Origin: Vicinamibacterales bacterium
GTDB lineage: Bacteria; Acidobacteriota; Vicinamibacteria; Vicinamibacterales; JAMQPK01
Direction of reading: 5' to 3'
DNA: 64,000 nt
Assembly (NCBI GenBank): GCA_963782595.1
Contig: CAWAKJ010000005.1
Location: 729,581 to 793,580, forward strand
A model generated the notes under the pieces. That model had not been told where the DNA came from. It did no database searches and worked only from the letters and a program-made list of their open reading frames with translations. Each line of letters opens with the position of its first letter. Positions within the stretch are counted from its first letter, which is position 1. Below are positions 35,384-45,373 of this stretch, piece after piece. Made by a program: the position numbers and the translations under genes.

Positions 35384-35656
35384 CCTGCTCATACCAATGT
35401 TCTGCGGAGCGGGCAAATGCGTATCTGTCTCAGGTTGAGGTTGCTGCAGCGCGAAGCCGTGCGGAGGTGCCGACACACGAAACCTGACCGCGCGAGAAGC
35501 CTGTGGGCACCGAGCGAGGTTACGAACCTCGCGTCAAACGGCCCGCAGTGGGCCTCGCAGCGCGGTCCGGCGCCAAAGCCCCGGATTCGCGCTGCAGCAA
35601 CCTCAAGCTGAGACAGATCCAACGTTGCTCGCCGGCAGAACGTCGGCGTGAGCAGG
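35384..35656. repeat. Nested palindromes: hairpin Z (arms 35384-35416 / 35625-35656) carrying element Y (core 35435-35606) in its loop
   Basis: The Z arms CCTGCTCATACCAATGTTCTGCGGAGCGGGCAA / TTGCTCGCCGGCAGAACGTCGGCGTGAGCAGG match the stand-alone Z at 40970-41052. Y has a 21-bp perfect stem TTGAGGTTGCTGCAGCGCGAA / TTCGCGCTGCAGCAACCTCAA and is homologous to X. Confidence 0.7.
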
Positions 35657-35665
35657 CCTCGCATG

Positions 35666-35690
35666 ATCCGGCTGAAGCCGGACACTACGT
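35666..35690 (-). repeat. REP family 1 copy (variant loop)
   Basis: Plus strand reads ATCCGGCTGAAGCCGGACACTACGT, 5 nt beyond the stop of the 35696 gene. Confidence 0.75.
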
Positions 35691-35695
35691 CTTAG

Positions 35696-36271
35696 TTAAA
35701 TCGGAAGCCGACGAGTACCTGTGAACGTCTGCTTCTTGATGTCCACCAGGTTGCTGAAGGTGTTGTTGATGCGCCGCAACCCTTTGTCGTAGCGACCTTC
35801 GATAATGATGCGAGCGACTTCGATGCCTCCTCCGAATACCAGGGTCACGTCAACGCTTTCGAATCCGTTGTCCAGCGTGACACCTTCGATGTCATCGCCA
35901 ATCTTGAGGTCGAGTGCGGGGCCGGCGATGCCGTAGATGGAGGGGCCGCTCGACGAACTGCTGCCGATGTTCAGGCGCAGCAGGATGGGCACCTGCAGAT
36001 AATCTATTCTGATTTTCGGCCCTCCCGATTCCGGTTCGCTTGTTTTTCGAATCCAGTTGAGCTCCGACTGCAGGCCCATGACGCCGTCGCGATTGCCGCC
36101 GAAGAAGAGGCCGGCGAATACGCCAGTGCGGTTTTTGTAGTCGAGCGCGTCGCTGCTGAACTCGGTGAATGTTGTCCCGAACTTGACGCCTTGTGCCGCC
36201 GCAGTTGACGCCGAGCCGGCGATGACGAGTGCTGCGACACCCGCAGTTCGAGCGTATCGACGGACGTTCAT
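35696..36271 (-). CDS. Outer-membrane beta-barrel (porin-family, OMP_b-brl-like) protein
   Basis: Start at ATG 36271 with SD GAGGAG 8 nt upstream. Signal peptide ..STAAAQ. Alternating-hydrophobic beta strands (GVFAGLFFGG, IDYLQVPILLRLNIG, VTLVFGGGIEV). Confidence 0.7.
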   Translation of the reverse strand: MNVRRYARTAGVAALVIAGSASTAAAQGVKFGTTFTEFSSDALDYKNRTGVFAGLFFGGNRDGVMGLQSELNWIRKTSEPESGGPKIRIDYLQVPILLRLNIGSSSSSGPSIYGIAGPALDLKIGDDIEGVTLDNGFESVDVTLVFGGGIEVARIIIEGRYDKGLRRINNTFSNLVDIKKQTFTGTRRLPI

Positions 36272-36304
36272 GGGAGGGACTCCTCTGGGGCCAGGGAGCC
36301 GGGG

Positions 36305-36328
36305 GAAGAAAGCCGGGACGAACCGGCT
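36305..36328 (-). terminator. Weak candidate intrinsic terminator after radical-SAM gene
   Basis: Minus sense reads AGCCGG-ttcgtc-CCGGCT followed by TTCTTCCC. Only a 6-bp GC stem. Confidence 0.3.
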
Positions 36329-36360
36329 GTTCCCATAGTACCGCAATCAGTCCGACGAAT

Positions 36361-37872
36361 CTACGCCGGCACCTGAAGGTCGGGCATTGGTTTGGCGGTG
36401 AACAGCCTTCGGCACGGCTTCGCAAGCCATCGGGCCATGCGTTCGGACTTGGCATGACGCGCGCTATCGGTGGCGATGCCGGTGTTGGCATACATCTGGC
36501 GATAGAGCTTCGAGCACAACACGAAGCCGATGCGGTTCTTCAACGACTTCACCGCACGCGATCGCCGCCAGATGTGCGGCAGGCTGTAGAACTGGTCCCA
36601 CACACCTTGCGTACGTTCGCGAATCTCGTCGGGTGTCAGCACCGGATGCGGCGTGTAGACCTTGGGACGGCGCGCCTGAGGGATCAGCCAATGCCTGGTG
36701 ATCGGAATCCCATCCACCGCCTCGGCATCCTTTTTCTTCGTCTGCCCGAGTTCCCACTTCGCAAAATCAACCGTGCCGGGAAACGGCGTCAGCATCACGA
36801 ACTGCGCGAATGTGACGTCTGCTTCGAGAGCAAGCGTGACGGTGGCGTTGAACGTCTCGGCGCGATCGCTGGGCAGTCCGAAGATGAACGACCCGAGGAC
36901 ATGAATGCCGTGGTGTTTGAACTGCTGCAGTCGCGCGACGAGCGCCTGCCCGTGGAGGTTGAAGCCCTTGTAGACGTCCTTTAGACCTTCCTCGGTCACC
37001 GATTCGACGCCCACGAGCGCACCCTTGATGCGCGCTTTGCACATCGCATCGAGGAATTCGGGATCTTCGGCCGCCTCCATCGTGATCTGCGTGAAGAAGT
37101 TCATGTCGCTCGGCAACTTCGCGAGCCGCGTCATCAGCTCGAAGCGCTCGGCGCGCAACGCTTTCAGCTCGTTCAGGCGCTGAGGATCGGCACGCCGAGA
37201 GGCCTGTTCGAGATCCTCAAGGGTGACTGGATAGAAGTTGTCGTCGGCGAGCGCGATGAAGCGGAATCCGAGGCGCCGCAACTGAACGATCTCTTCCAGC
37301 ACGGCGTCAACGCCGCGCTGACGCGGTTCCTGCCCGTCGGTTTTCCACACCGAGCAGAACGAGCAGTGTTTCGGACAGCCGCGCACGGTCTGCACCGACG
37401 CCCACATATAGCGATCGGGTGGAAGGAGATCCCAGCGTGCCTTCAGAAAACGATCGGCGTCTATCTTTCCGCCTTCATACACTTTGGTGCTGCTGCCGTT
37501 GAGGCAGCCGTCGATCGCGTCGCCCCAGGCAATGTCGCCGTCTCCTTTGACGACCGCGTGGGCCCCGCCGAGATCGATGGCCTCTTCAGGGTAGAGCGTG
37601 GCGTGAATCCCGCCATACACGACCCATGCGCCCCGCGCGCGGGCAAGCTGGCCGACCTCGTATCCCCGGAGAGCGTTGCCCGTGTGAATGCCGATTCCGA
37701 CCACATCACCAGGAGCGATGGTGGCGGGATCGAGCCGCTCGAGCGTCTCGTCCGTGATGATGGGGTCGCCGTAGCGTGAAGGGGTGGCTGCTGCTAAAAC
37801 ATAGAGCCAACGGGGGGTTATGACCGCAAGGCCAAAAGACACATGGCTCGGATTGACGAGGTGGATGCGCAT
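36361..37872 (-). CDS. B12-binding-domain radical SAM protein
   Basis: Start at ATG 37872 (TTG alternative at 37881). The N-terminal Rossmann-like B12 region is followed by CPKHCSFCS (CxxxCxxC). AT-rich upstream sequence CTTAATTAATTAGTTGATAAAC. Confidence 0.85.
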   Translation of the reverse strand: MRIHLVNPSHVSFGLAVITPRWLYVLAAATPSRYGDPIITDETLERLDPATIAPGDVVGIGIHTGNALRGYEVGQLARARGAWVVYGGIHATLYPEEAIDLGGAHAVVKGDGDIAWGDAIDGCLNGSSTKVYEGGKIDADRFLKARWDLLPPDRYMWASVQTVRGCPKHCSFCSVWKTDGQEPRQRGVDAVLEEIVQLRRLGFRFIALADDNFYPVTLEDLEQASRRADPQRLNELKALRAERFELMTRLAKLPSDMNFFTQITMEAAEDPEFLDAMCKARIKGALVGVESVTEEGLKDVYKGFNLHGQALVARLQQFKHHGIHVLGSFIFGLPSDRAETFNATVTLALEADVTFAQFVMLTPFPGTVDFAKWELGQTKKKDAEAVDGIPITRHWLIPQARRPKVYTPHPVLTPDEIRERTQGVWDQFYSLPHIWRRSRAVKSLKNRIGFVLCSKLYRQMYANTGIATDSARHAKSERMARWLAKPCRRLFTAKPMPDLQVPA

Positions 37873-37942
37873 GTTTATCAACTAATTAATTAAGTATACG
37901 ACGGATTGTACGGTATTTAGCAAGTATTTCGGAGGCGGGCGC

Positions 37943-40207
37943 CTAAAACTCCAGCTGGAGCCCGGCGGATGGAATGATCGGGAACATCGAGTCGAACAGT
38001 CCAAAGACCTGACGCGTGTTGCCGTTGATGCCAGGTGATGCGGCGCGCACGTTGTCGCGGTTGTAGATGTTCAGACCTTCGGCGAAGAGCGTGAGCCGTG
38101 TGTTCCGCCACGTGAACGTGCGGTTGGCCCGGACATCGAGTCGGGTATAGACGGGCACGCGAACACCGTTGCGAATGGTGCTGAGGAAGTAGCCCTGATT
38201 CTCACGCGACTCGTAGTACCCAGGTGCAGGGAAGTTGCTGCCGGCGCGAAAGCGCGTGCTGAAGCTCATGCGATCGCTCAAGCGGTACACTCCGTAGGCG
38301 TTCAGCGTGTGGCGCTGGTCGTGATCGCCAGAGAAGTGCTCGCCGGTGAGCGTATTCCGATACTCCGTAAACGCCAGGTTGTAGGCGACCCAGCCGGACA
38401 GGCCGTTCGGCGTGCGCCGCTGGACGACCAGCTCGACCCCGCGAGAGTGGCCCTCGAGGGAGTTCTCGTACCGCGATGTGAACGACGGCAGAACCAGGCG
38501 TCCGTCAACGACACGGAACTCGGCGTTGGGAAGCCACGGGTAATCGTGGTCCTCGCGATTGTAGGCCGAGAGCTGCCACGTTGCCGTTCGGCTGAGTGGC
38601 CCTTCGACGCCTGCATCGAAGTGATACGAGCGGAATTGCTTCACGTCCGCACCACGGAGACCCTTCACCTCGACAGGCTCTGGCTCCTGTCGGTAAATGC
38701 CGCCCGCGACGCGCCCGAACACGGACGCGAAGAGGGGCCAGCGTGTTTCCATCCATGGAGACGCCGACGTGTGGCCGGTGAGCGTGGAATGATCGATTCG
38801 CACACCCGGCACCAGCGATGCGCGACCTTTTGAGATCCGCGCGAGCACGTATGAAGATGCGGCCGTCGTCGAGGCACTGAAGTCTTCGCGCACGACGAAC
38901 TGCGGACGCCCAATTTCGAAATCCTGTTCGAACTGCGATGCCCGCGATCGCCGAAGCTCGCCTCCGCCATCCAGCGTGAGGCGCGAGGAATGCTGATAGG
39001 TCCAATCGGCGCGGTACATGAGGTCGGTGCGACGTCCCCGGTCGAGTTGAACATTGTCGCGGCTCTCGTTGCGGAAGCGGTTGGCGGCGGCGGCGACTTT
39101 CTGCGTCACCACGAAACGCGGCGACATGAACACGCGCCACGTGACGACTGCGACGCCCACATCGTTGACCCCTTGCTGAACGTCATTGGTGTCGATGCGG
39201 CTCGCGTCCTGCTCCAGACGCGATCGGCCGGCCGTAATCGCAACCTGGATCTGATGCCTGGCGCCCACGTCGCGCACCAGCTTGGCCTGCATGTCGTGGA
39301 ACCCGAAACCAAAGGTGTTTTCAGGATCGATGCGCCGGATGACCGCTCCGAGATAGCTCTTTCTTGCCGAGAGGAGCCACGAGCCGCGTTTCGACGATCC
39401 AAGCGGACCGTCCAGCACCAGGGACGAGTCGGTCATGCTCGTACGGACGAGGGTTCTCACCCGATCGCGCGAGCCTTCGCGCACGAGGAAGTTGAGCTCG
39501 GCACCCGTATGGTTGCCGTAGCGCTGCGGGTACGATCCGGCCGCGAGCGTGATTTCCTCGAGCACATCTCCATTGACCATGGCGATCGAGCCCGTGTCCT
39601 GCTCGGCTTGCACGGTGTGCACGAGCAGCGGGGTCGAGATGCCTTCAAAGGTGAAGTTCATGTTGCGAACTGGAAGGCCGCGCACGGTGAACTCGCTCCG
39701 AAGGTCGTCGCCTGTCGCGACGCCCGGCAGGACGTGAATGGCTCGCATCGGATCATTCGTAATGACGCCACGCAGTTGCTGAAGTTCGTTGCTGCGGAGC
39801 ACTTGCTCGCCGCCTTCGGTGCGATTGTCGGTGCCGGCGGAGCTCACGTTGATCGTCTCCGCGTAGGTACCGGTGCCGGCGGCGATCGGAATCGTGATGT
39901 CCAGCACGTCACCGGCGGGAACCTCGATGCTGCGCCGGACGAGAACGAAATCAACGGCCGACACTGAGAGCTCACGACGGCCTGACGGGACATTGTCGAG
40001 CTGAAAGCGGCCGTCGCTGCCTGTGATCGTGCTCAACTTGCTGTCAGGAATACGGACGGCGACTTTTTCGAGCGGTGTACCGTCGCGCGCATCGACCACA
40101 ACGCCGCGCAGCGTTCCGGTTGCCGGCGTTTGTCCCGTTGCCGGGATGGACAGCGCCAACGCGAGTAAGAGCGCCGCCGCCACGGTGGTCGATGGGCGAT
40201 AGGCCAT
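37943..40207 (-). CDS. TonB-dependent receptor with CarboxypepD_reg domain
   Basis: Start at ATG 40207 (MAYRPSTTVAAALLLALALSIPATGQ); the longer ORF start translates a repeat. Contains GTLRGVVVDARDGTPLEKVAVRI, a plug, and C-terminal ..SAGLQLEF. Confidence 0.85.
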   Translation of the reverse strand: MAYRPSTTVAAALLLALALSIPATGQTPATGTLRGVVVDARDGTPLEKVAVRIPDSKLSTITGSDGRFQLDNVPSGRRELSVSAVDFVLVRRSIEVPAGDVLDITIPIAAGTGTYAETINVSSAGTDNRTEGGEQVLRSNELQQLRGVITNDPMRAIHVLPGVATGDDLRSEFTVRGLPVRNMNFTFEGISTPLLVHTVQAEQDTGSIAMVNGDVLEEITLAAGSYPQRYGNHTGAELNFLVREGSRDRVRTLVRTSMTDSSLVLDGPLGSSKRGSWLLSARKSYLGAVIRRIDPENTFGFGFHDMQAKLVRDVGARHQIQVAITAGRSRLEQDASRIDTNDVQQGVNDVGVAVVTWRVFMSPRFVVTQKVAAAANRFRNESRDNVQLDRGRRTDLMYRADWTYQHSSRLTLDGGGELRRSRASQFEQDFEIGRPQFVVREDFSASTTAASSYVLARISKGRASLVPGVRIDHSTLTGHTSASPWMETRWPLFASVFGRVAGGIYRQEPEPVEVKGLRGADVKQFRSYHFDAGVEGPLSRTATWQLSAYNREDHDYPWLPNAEFRVVDGRLVLPSFTSRYENSLEGHSRGVELVVQRRTPNGLSGWVAYNLAFTEYRNTLTGEHFSGDHDQRHTLNAYGVYRLSDRMSFSTRFRAGSNFPAPGYYESRENQGYFLSTIRNGVRVPVYTRLDVRANRTFTWRNTRLTLFAEGLNIYNRDNVRAASPGINGNTRQVFGLFDSMFPIIPSAGLQLEF

Positions 40208-40253
40208 GGTCAGTGGTCGATGGTCTGTCAGTGGGCGATTGTCAGTTGTCGTC
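40204..40253 (+). repeat. GGTCGAT-class repeat in leader of receptor gene
   Basis: CCATGGTCAGTGGTCGATGGTCTGTCAGTGGGCGATTGTCAGTTGTCGTC. Shares a 16-mer with 34557-34572. Confidence 0.6.
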
Positions 40254-40356
40254 CGGCGCAAGTGCAGGGTATGTGCCAGTCGGAATGTGAAGAATGTCCG
40301 CCATATTCCTGCACGTGACGGCCGGGATGACCAAACAATTGGACGGACAGATCAGC

Positions 40357-40791
40357 TCAGTGGGTGCGGTACTCGATCATGAGTGCGGGCTGCTCGCCTT
40401 GTGGGAGGTGGGTGACGAACAAGCCCAGGCCGCGAAGCTGATCGAGCAGCACATCCTGATGGATGGGTTTGGTCAGAAACAGCAACGCGCGCAAAGACGA
40501 GGCGCGCATGTGGTGCATCTCGTCGGTGGACACGCTCATCATGATCACCGGCACGCTGCCGAGGGGCGACACCTGCTCGCGGAGCCAGTTCAGGAAATCG
40601 ATTCCCGTTTCGTTGCCAGCCAGGTAGATGTCGGAGATGACAAGCGCCGGCAGATCGCGCTTGAGAAAGAGCTTTGCCGAGTCAGCGTTCGTCACGGTGA
40701 CGACGTCGTTCACCAGGTTGAGCTGCGCGAGCGTCTCGCGCACCAGCGTGGCGTCGTTCGAGTCGTCTTCGATGAGCAGAATCGGCCGCAT
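40357..40791 (-). CDS. Stand-alone response-regulator receiver domain (CheY-like)
   Basis: Start at ATG 40791: MRPILLIEDDSNDATLV..PALVISDIYLAGNETGIDFL..FLTKP (acidic pocket, phospho-acceptor Asp, conserved Lys). No output domain. Confidence 0.8.
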   Translation of the reverse strand: MRPILLIEDDSNDATLVRETLAQLNLVNDVVTVTNADSAKLFLKRDLPALVISDIYLAGNETGIDFLNWLREQVSPLGSVPVIMMSVSTDEMHHMRASSLRALLFLTKPIHQDVLLDQLRGLGLFVTHLPQGEQPALMIEYRTH

Positions 40792-40969
40792 GCCCGCGCA
40801 TTCTATCGCAAGAATGAAAGGTCTCGTTTGCGGGAATTGATCCTGATCTCGCTGGTGCACACTTCTTCTTGCTTGAATGGGCTCTTTCTGAACGCGCCTG
40901 AACCAGTCCTTGGGAACAGGAGGTTAGGAGACCAGGAGGAACGGTTTCAAAAACTCGCGTCGGACGACG

Positions 40970-41052
40970 CCTGCTTACGCCGATGTTCTGCGGAGCGGGC
41001 AATAGATACTCAGAAACACGTTGCCCGCGAGCAGAACGTCGGCGTGAGCAGG
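40970..41052. repeat. Stand-alone hairpin Z
   Basis: CCTGCTTACGCCGATGTTCTGCGGAGCGGGCAA-18 nt-TTGCCCGCGAGCAGAACGTCGGCGTGAGCAGG. Same arms as at 35384/35625 but with an empty loop. Confidence 0.7.
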
Positions 41053-41078
41053 CCGCTCGCTCAGCTTTGAAACCGATT

Positions 41079-42656
41079 CTACCGCGGCAGGCTGTCCTTC
41101 GCTTTCTTCGCGGCGCCTTCCAGCGCTTCGGCCAGCGACGCGTCGAACGACGGCCCTTCAGACACGCCCGACGCACCGGTCGTCATCGCGTCCATCATGA
41201 ACATCGCCGCACCGGCCGTACGGTCGAGGCCGCGACCGGTTCCCATCATCCCTGCGCCCTGCATCTGCATCAAGGCCGGATTGGTCAAGAAGCCTCCCAT
41301 GCCGCCCATGTTCATCATCGACATCGAGTTCATCGCGGCCAGCGGGCTCGCATAGCGGAGATACAGCATCGCCGCAACGCGGGCCAGACGAAGACCGGTC
41401 TTGAAACCGATGCCGCCATCGTTCCCTTCGGTCGTTGTCGTAAGGCGCGGTTTTCCTCCGCCGATGGGCAGGAGCTGCACGTTGAGTTTCGCCTCGGTCA
41501 CGTCCTTGTCGGTGGATTCGCCAGCGGTCTTTTTGACCAGCCGGCCGAGCCGGCCGGGTTTCGAGGCCTTCAGCTCGGTGATCTGCGCGATCAACAGGTA
41601 GTCGCAGCCGAGCTCTTTGGCGTGGGCATTCAACGCTGATGGATCCGCAGTGGCGAGCGGCACGGCTTCCATTTTCTGTTCCGTCAGCTCGTTGATGAGC
41701 TGCGTGCGCAGCGCGCGGGTGTCCACCTGCTGTGTCGTCTTGTTCACAAGCTCGGGCACCGCCACGCGAACCATGCCGGCCTTTTTGGGCGGAGCAGATG
41801 CGGCAGTCGGTGCAGCCGCCAGCTTGACTTCGTTGGCATCGCTGACGGCTTTGGCGAGAACGCGTCCGTTGGTGGCCTCGGTCATGCCCGAGGGAATCTC
41901 GAAGAGCGACTCGTCGAGTCTTGTCACCTCGAACTCCGTCACTTCCATCTTCATGATGGAGGGCTTGCCGTCGGCGCCGGGCGTCGAGGTCGAGTAGCTC
42001 AGCGGGAAGCCGACCAGGTTTGTATCGCCGGTCTGATTCACCTTGATCTCGTCGCGGCAGGCGGCAGCACTCGACTGCGGCGGTGGCGGCTGCGCGGCGA
42101 TCGCTTTCGGCGAGTCGATATACCAGGCGTCGGTTTCGATGCGCTGTTTCGACTGATCGCACGCGCCCGCCTGCGGCTGGCGGTCGAGTACGGTCATCAC
42201 GCGCCGCGCTTCAAATCCGAACATCGTCTTGCGCTCGCCAACGTCGGCTATCGAGCTCTCGACGACCACGACACCTGAACCCGCGGCAGCAGGATTGCTC
42301 TCGGCCGCGGCAGCCAGCGGGATGATGAGATACGTGTTCGCCGCTCGACTGATCTGCACCGAACGCTTCAGATCGTGCTGGCGCAGCAGGATCATGTCTC
42401 CCAGCTCGTAGCGTTCGCGGTTACCGCGGATGTATGTGGTGCTCTCGGTCAGCTCCTCGCCGGTCGTGTACTTCGACGTGAATCGAATGTCCGACGGTGG
42501 AGGAGGCGGTTCCGGTTTCGCGGCCGCCGGTTTTGTTGCCGGCGCGGCCGGCGCCGGCTTTCGCGTGGGAGGCGCAGGTTTGCGTCCGGCCTGCCCAAAC
42601 GCGAGCGTCGAGGAGAACAGAACGGCAACGACAACAACGGTCGCATTTCGACGCAT
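41079..42656 (-). CDS. Secreted protein of unknown function with Pro/Ala/Lys-rich linker and Met/Gly-rich C-terminal tail
   Basis: Start at ATG 42656 (MRRNATVVVVAVLFSSTLAFGQ); the 143 upstream codons of the ORF are Arg-rich noise. The tail reads AAMNSMSMMNMGGMGGFLTNPALMQMQGAGMMGTG..AAMFMMDAM. Confidence 0.65.
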   Translation of the reverse strand: MRRNATVVVVAVLFSSTLAFGQAGRKPAPPTRKPAPAAPATKPAAAKPEPPPPPSDIRFTSKYTTGEELTESTTYIRGNRERYELGDMILLRQHDLKRSVQISRAANTYLIIPLAAAAESNPAAAGSGVVVVESSIADVGERKTMFGFEARRVMTVLDRQPQAGACDQSKQRIETDAWYIDSPKAIAAQPPPPQSSAAACRDEIKVNQTGDTNLVGFPLSYSTSTPGADGKPSIMKMEVTEFEVTRLDESLFEIPSGMTEATNGRVLAKAVSDANEVKLAAAPTAASAPPKKAGMVRVAVPELVNKTTQQVDTRALRTQLINELTEQKMEAVPLATADPSALNAHAKELGCDYLLIAQITELKASKPGRLGRLVKKTAGESTDKDVTEAKLNVQLLPIGGGKPRLTTTTEGNDGGIGFKTGLRLARVAAMLYLRYASPLAAMNSMSMMNMGGMGGFLTNPALMQMQGAGMMGTGRGLDRTAGAAMFMMDAMTTGASGVSEGPSFDASLAEALEGAAKKAKDSLPR

Positions 42657-42790
42657 TTTGCACCTCGGAGAGAAGGTGGCGGGTGGAGGCATTGATTCTA
42701 CCTGTACTGGCCCTACTTCTCTTACGCGCAAAAGACGCTCGATAGGGACCATTTGGACGGGACAGGCCACCAGGTCGTTAAAATGAGCCC

Positions 42791-43611
<821 letters not shown>

Positions 43612-43617
43612 AGCTCC

Positions 43618-45093
43618 ATGCGTCGTTCTCCATTGCAGATGACTCCCGAACAGTTTCGTGCTGTGGGCCATCGTCTTGTTGATCAGATTGCCGACCGTCT
43701 CGCAAGGGTTTCGGAAGGGCCAGTAAAGCGCGACGAGTCGGCCGAGGTTGTTCGCCGGGCGGTGAAGGCCGAGCGCGGACTGCCGTTGGAGGGACGCGAC
43801 CCGCAGGCGCTCGTCAGCGAAGCGGTCGACCTGCTGTTCGAGCATTCGAATCTCAACGGGCATCCCCGGTTCTTCGGCTACATCACGTCGAGCCCGGCGC
43901 CGATTGGCATGTTCGGCGATTTGCTCGCCGCGGCCGTCAACGCCAATATCGGCGGGTGGGCGCTGGCGCCGGCGGCCAGTGAAATCGAACTGCAGACCGT
44001 CAGGTGGATTGCAGAGTTCATCGGGTATCCCGTTGGGGCCGGCGGCCTGCTCGTGAGCGGTGGCAACATGGCCAACTTCGTGTGCTTTCTCGCCGCGAGG
44101 ACCGCCAAGGCCGGCTGGGATGTTCGCAAAGCGGGTCTTGGCGGTGGCGCGAGCGGCGGAGCACCCACGCTCATCGTGTATGCCTCGGCCGAGACGCATA
44201 CGTGGATTCAGAAGGCCGCCGATCTCTTCGGTTTGGGCACCGACGCCATTCGATGGATTCCGGTCGATGCGCATCAGCGGATGCAGACCAAGGAGCTCCG
44301 ACGCCAGATTGAGGACGATCGTGCGAGGGGCCACTTTCCGTTTCTCGTCGTGGGCACAGGAGGATCGGTCAGCACCGGAGCCATCGATCCCTTGCCCGAG
44401 ATCGCTGCGATCTGTCGCGAGTGTGATTTGTGGTTTCACGTTGACGGTGCGTATGGCGGGCTGGCCGCGCCAGTTCGAGACGCGCCCGATGATCTTCGAG
44501 GTCTCGCCGAGGCCGACTCGGTTGCCGTCGATCCGCACAAGTGGCTCTACGCACCGCTCGAGGCGGGCTGCGCGCTGGTGCGGCAGCCTGACCATCTTCG
44601 CAATGCCTTTTCGTATCATCCCCCGTATTACAAGTTCAAAGACGACGTGGTGAACTTCGTCGACTATGGATTGCAGAATTCACGCGGTTTTCGCGCGCTG
44701 AAGGTATGGCTGGCGCTGCAACACATCGGCCGCGCCGGTTACGAGGCGTCGATTGCGGAAGACATGCGGCTATCGCGCCGGCTCGCCGATGCCTTGCGGG
44801 CGCATGGCGACTTCGAGGTGCTGACGCAGAACCTGAGCATCACGACGTTCCGCTACGTGCCGCGCGAACTGCGCGGGCAAGCCGGCGACGCCGCGGTCCT
44901 GGAGCAGCTGAACCGTTTGAATCAGGATTTGCTCTCTCGTGTGGAGAAGAGCGGCGAGGCGTTCCTCTCGAACGCGGTCGTGGACGGCAAATTCGTGTTG
45001 CGCGCCTGCATCGTCAACTTCAACACGTCCGAGGAAGATGTTGATGCCCTGCCCGCGATCGTCGCCCGGCAGGTTGCACGGTCTGGCGCTTGA
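43618..45093 (+). CDS. PLP-dependent group II (aromatic-L-amino-acid/glutamate-type) decarboxylase
   Basis: Blocks SGGNMANF, HVDGAYGG, and DPHKWLYAP (PLP-lysine). Confidence 0.85.
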   Translation: MRRSPLQMTPEQFRAVGHRLVDQIADRLARVSEGPVKRDESAEVVRRAVKAERGLPLEGRDPQALVSEAVDLLFEHSNLNGHPRFFGYITSSPAPIGMFGDLLAAAVNANIGGWALAPAASEIELQTVRWIAEFIGYPVGAGGLLVSGGNMANFVCFLAARTAKAGWDVRKAGLGGGASGGAPTLIVYASAETHTWIQKAADLFGLGTDAIRWIPVDAHQRMQTKELRRQIEDDRARGHFPFLVVGTGGSVSTGAIDPLPEIAAICRECDLWFHVDGAYGGLAAPVRDAPDDLRGLAEADSVAVDPHKWLYAPLEAGCALVRQPDHLRNAFSYHPPYYKFKDDVVNFVDYGLQNSRGFRALKVWLALQHIGRAGYEASIAEDMRLSRRLADALRAHGDFEVLTQNLSITTFRYVPRELRGQAGDAAVLEQLNRLNQDLLSRVEKSGEAFLSNAVVDGKFVLRACIVNFNTSEEDVDALPAIVARQVARSGA

Positions 45094-45107
45094 CAGACGA
45101 TACGAAA

Positions 45108-45373
45108 ACAGGAGCTCAGGAGCTCAGGAGGAGCTCAACGCGGAGGCAAGGAGCTCAGCCTCGACTTCGCGCCGTTGGCGCGCGCGAAGAAGAAGACAAG
45201 CCGAATATCAAGAGCAAAGGTTCGTGCAGCTCTTGTATTCGGCTTGTCTTCTTCTCCGCGCGTGGGCCGCGTTCGCGGCCCACGAAGTCGATGCTCTCTC
45301 ACGAGGGCTTGGACATCGTCGCGTCGTCGTGTCGTCGTGTTGTTGTATTTCTCTTGATCTCTTGATCTCCTGT
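45108..45373 (+). other. Large imperfect palindrome filling the convergent spacer (possible structured 3' UTR / bidirectional terminator)
   Basis: Outer stem is 45108-45131 with 45350-45373 (18 Watson-Crick, 4 G-U, 2 mismatches). CGACTTCG pairs with CGAAGTCG. The central ~28-bp hairpin is 45186-45215 / 45229-45256. Confidence 0.5.

Noticed and set aside
40208-40356. Cobalamin riboswitch upstream of the TonB receptor that neighbours the B12-radical-SAM gene
   Set aside because: Reading the minus strand, I found no B12-box-like consensus or the surrounding conserved GGGAA/GCCACTG elements.
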